From positions 1,399,942 through 1,439,221 of the forward strand of contig MU004241.1 in NCBI GenBank assembly GCA_010405405.1: 39,280 nt of DNA, in the 5' to 3' direction. Below the pieces are notes generated by a model that saw nothing but the letters and a program-made list of their open reading frames with translations, was not told where the DNA came from and searched no databases. Within the stretch, counting starts at the first letter, position 1, and every line of letters begins with the position of its first letter. Source of the stretch: Microthyrium microscopicum (Eukaryota). Below, piece after piece: positions 38,477-39,280 of this stretch. A program made the translations under genes and the position numbers.

Positions 38477-39280
38477 AACTAATAATTATTATTTTTAATA
38501 GTATCCTCTATAGAGGGTTACTATTCTTTTTAAACTTTTATAAATATTACTATTAAAAGTATAACTAAGGCTTTAATCTTATTATTAGATAAGAGTTCTT
38601 AATCTTTATATAGAGTAATCTTATTAAAGTAGTAATAACTCTTTTAATTATAATAGACGTAACGTTTATCTATTTTTAAAGTATTAAAGACGTCTATAGA
38701 ATAGTTAATATTACTAGTTTTATTATTTTAAGCCCCTTTATTAGTAGACTAATTATTATTATAGCCATAAGAGTTATTATTTATAGCTATAGGCTTGTAG
38801 TTAATTTAGTATACGACTAGGTAAAGTTAAGTATAAAATATAGTAAAGCTACTAAAATGCTAGCCTATATCGTGAAAAAATTATTATTAATTTAAGTTAT
38901 CTAATAATACTATAACTACTTATTACTATAATACGTAGTCCTATATCTAAGTACTTAACTTAATATCTAATTCGTTTAAAATATATAGAATAATTAAAAT
39001 AAATTTACTAATTTAAGATATATTAAATAGAAATTAGAACTAAAACTACTTATAGCATTTAAATTAATAAAATAAGATAAACTATTAAAGTACTTCTATA
39101 AAGCTAATAAAGGATATTCTTTAAATAAGATAAATAATTAGAATTCTTAAATAAGTCTAATATACTCTATTACTTAAGTAATATTAATAGCTAGAACTAG
39201 TATATATTTATAATAAATATTATTACTTAAATAGAATAAATACTTAAAATTATTTAATAACTAAGATAATAATTATTATA
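38467..39280 (-). pseudogene. gypsy D gag relic, C-terminal part
   Basis: Knuckle relic YVYYN*KSYYYFNKITLY at 38661-38608; ends ttt tta aac TAG (38469-38467) in the same frame. Confidence 0.8.

Larger units (their letters stand above)
1..39280. other. RIP-mutated AT-rich transposon graveyard (heterochromatin/AT-isochore-like block)
   Basis: TA dinucleotides are pervasive and CA/TG are very rare. Aligned repeat copies (e.g. 1-60 vs 9642-9700 vs 22595-22655; LTRs 26204-26328 vs 33429-33553) differ by transitions. Stops in the TE frames are TAA/TAG at positions where Gln/Trp/Arg are expected. The ORF track has only one short ORF. Confidence 0.95.
33554..39280 (-). mobile_element. Ty3/gypsy chromovirus, element D (5' part continues beyond the window)
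   Basis: 3' LTR 33554-33776, PPT 33780-33791, minus-strand pol and gag C-terminus. Confidence 0.94.

Noticed and set aside
1..39280. Organellar, Plasmodium-like or AT-rich bacterial DNA, or an alternative genetic code with TAA/TAG read-through
   Set aside because: Stops replace Gln, Trp and Arg alike, alongside Asp>Asn, Gly>Ser and Cys/His>Tyr changes at catalytic motifs, and they differ between copies. This is RIP mutation, not recoding.

Overview
Filamentous-ascomycete-type AT-rich block made almost entirely of nested, RIP-degenerated transposon relics; I find no intact host gene. TpA is strongly over-represented, CpA/TpG are nearly absent, and paralogous copies differ almost only by C>T/G>A transitions. 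Translating by hand while allowing for RIP reversals shows three minus-strand copies of one Tad1-like LINE (ORF1 with zinc knuckles; ORF2 with APE, RT and a C-terminal CCHC motif; about 1.9 kb of unexplained 3' sequence). There are also three related Ty3/gypsy chromoviruses (B and C on +, D on -), a solo LTR of family D with a 5-bp TSD, a second probable solo LTR, a 150-bp MITE-like hairpin, a probable pogo/Fot1 5' fragment and two assembly gaps. Nesting: LINE copy 2 holds the solo LTR, gypsy B and LINE copy 3; copy 3 holds gypsy C; the 3' LTR of C holds gypsy D. The most notable details are the long LINE 3' module, an 11-nt Tf1-type self-priming PBS in C, a shared CX2CX4HX8C Gag knuckle and -1 gag/pol frameshift signals in all three gypsy elements. 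All de-RIPed protein motifs are my inference, and the species cannot be determined from this window.
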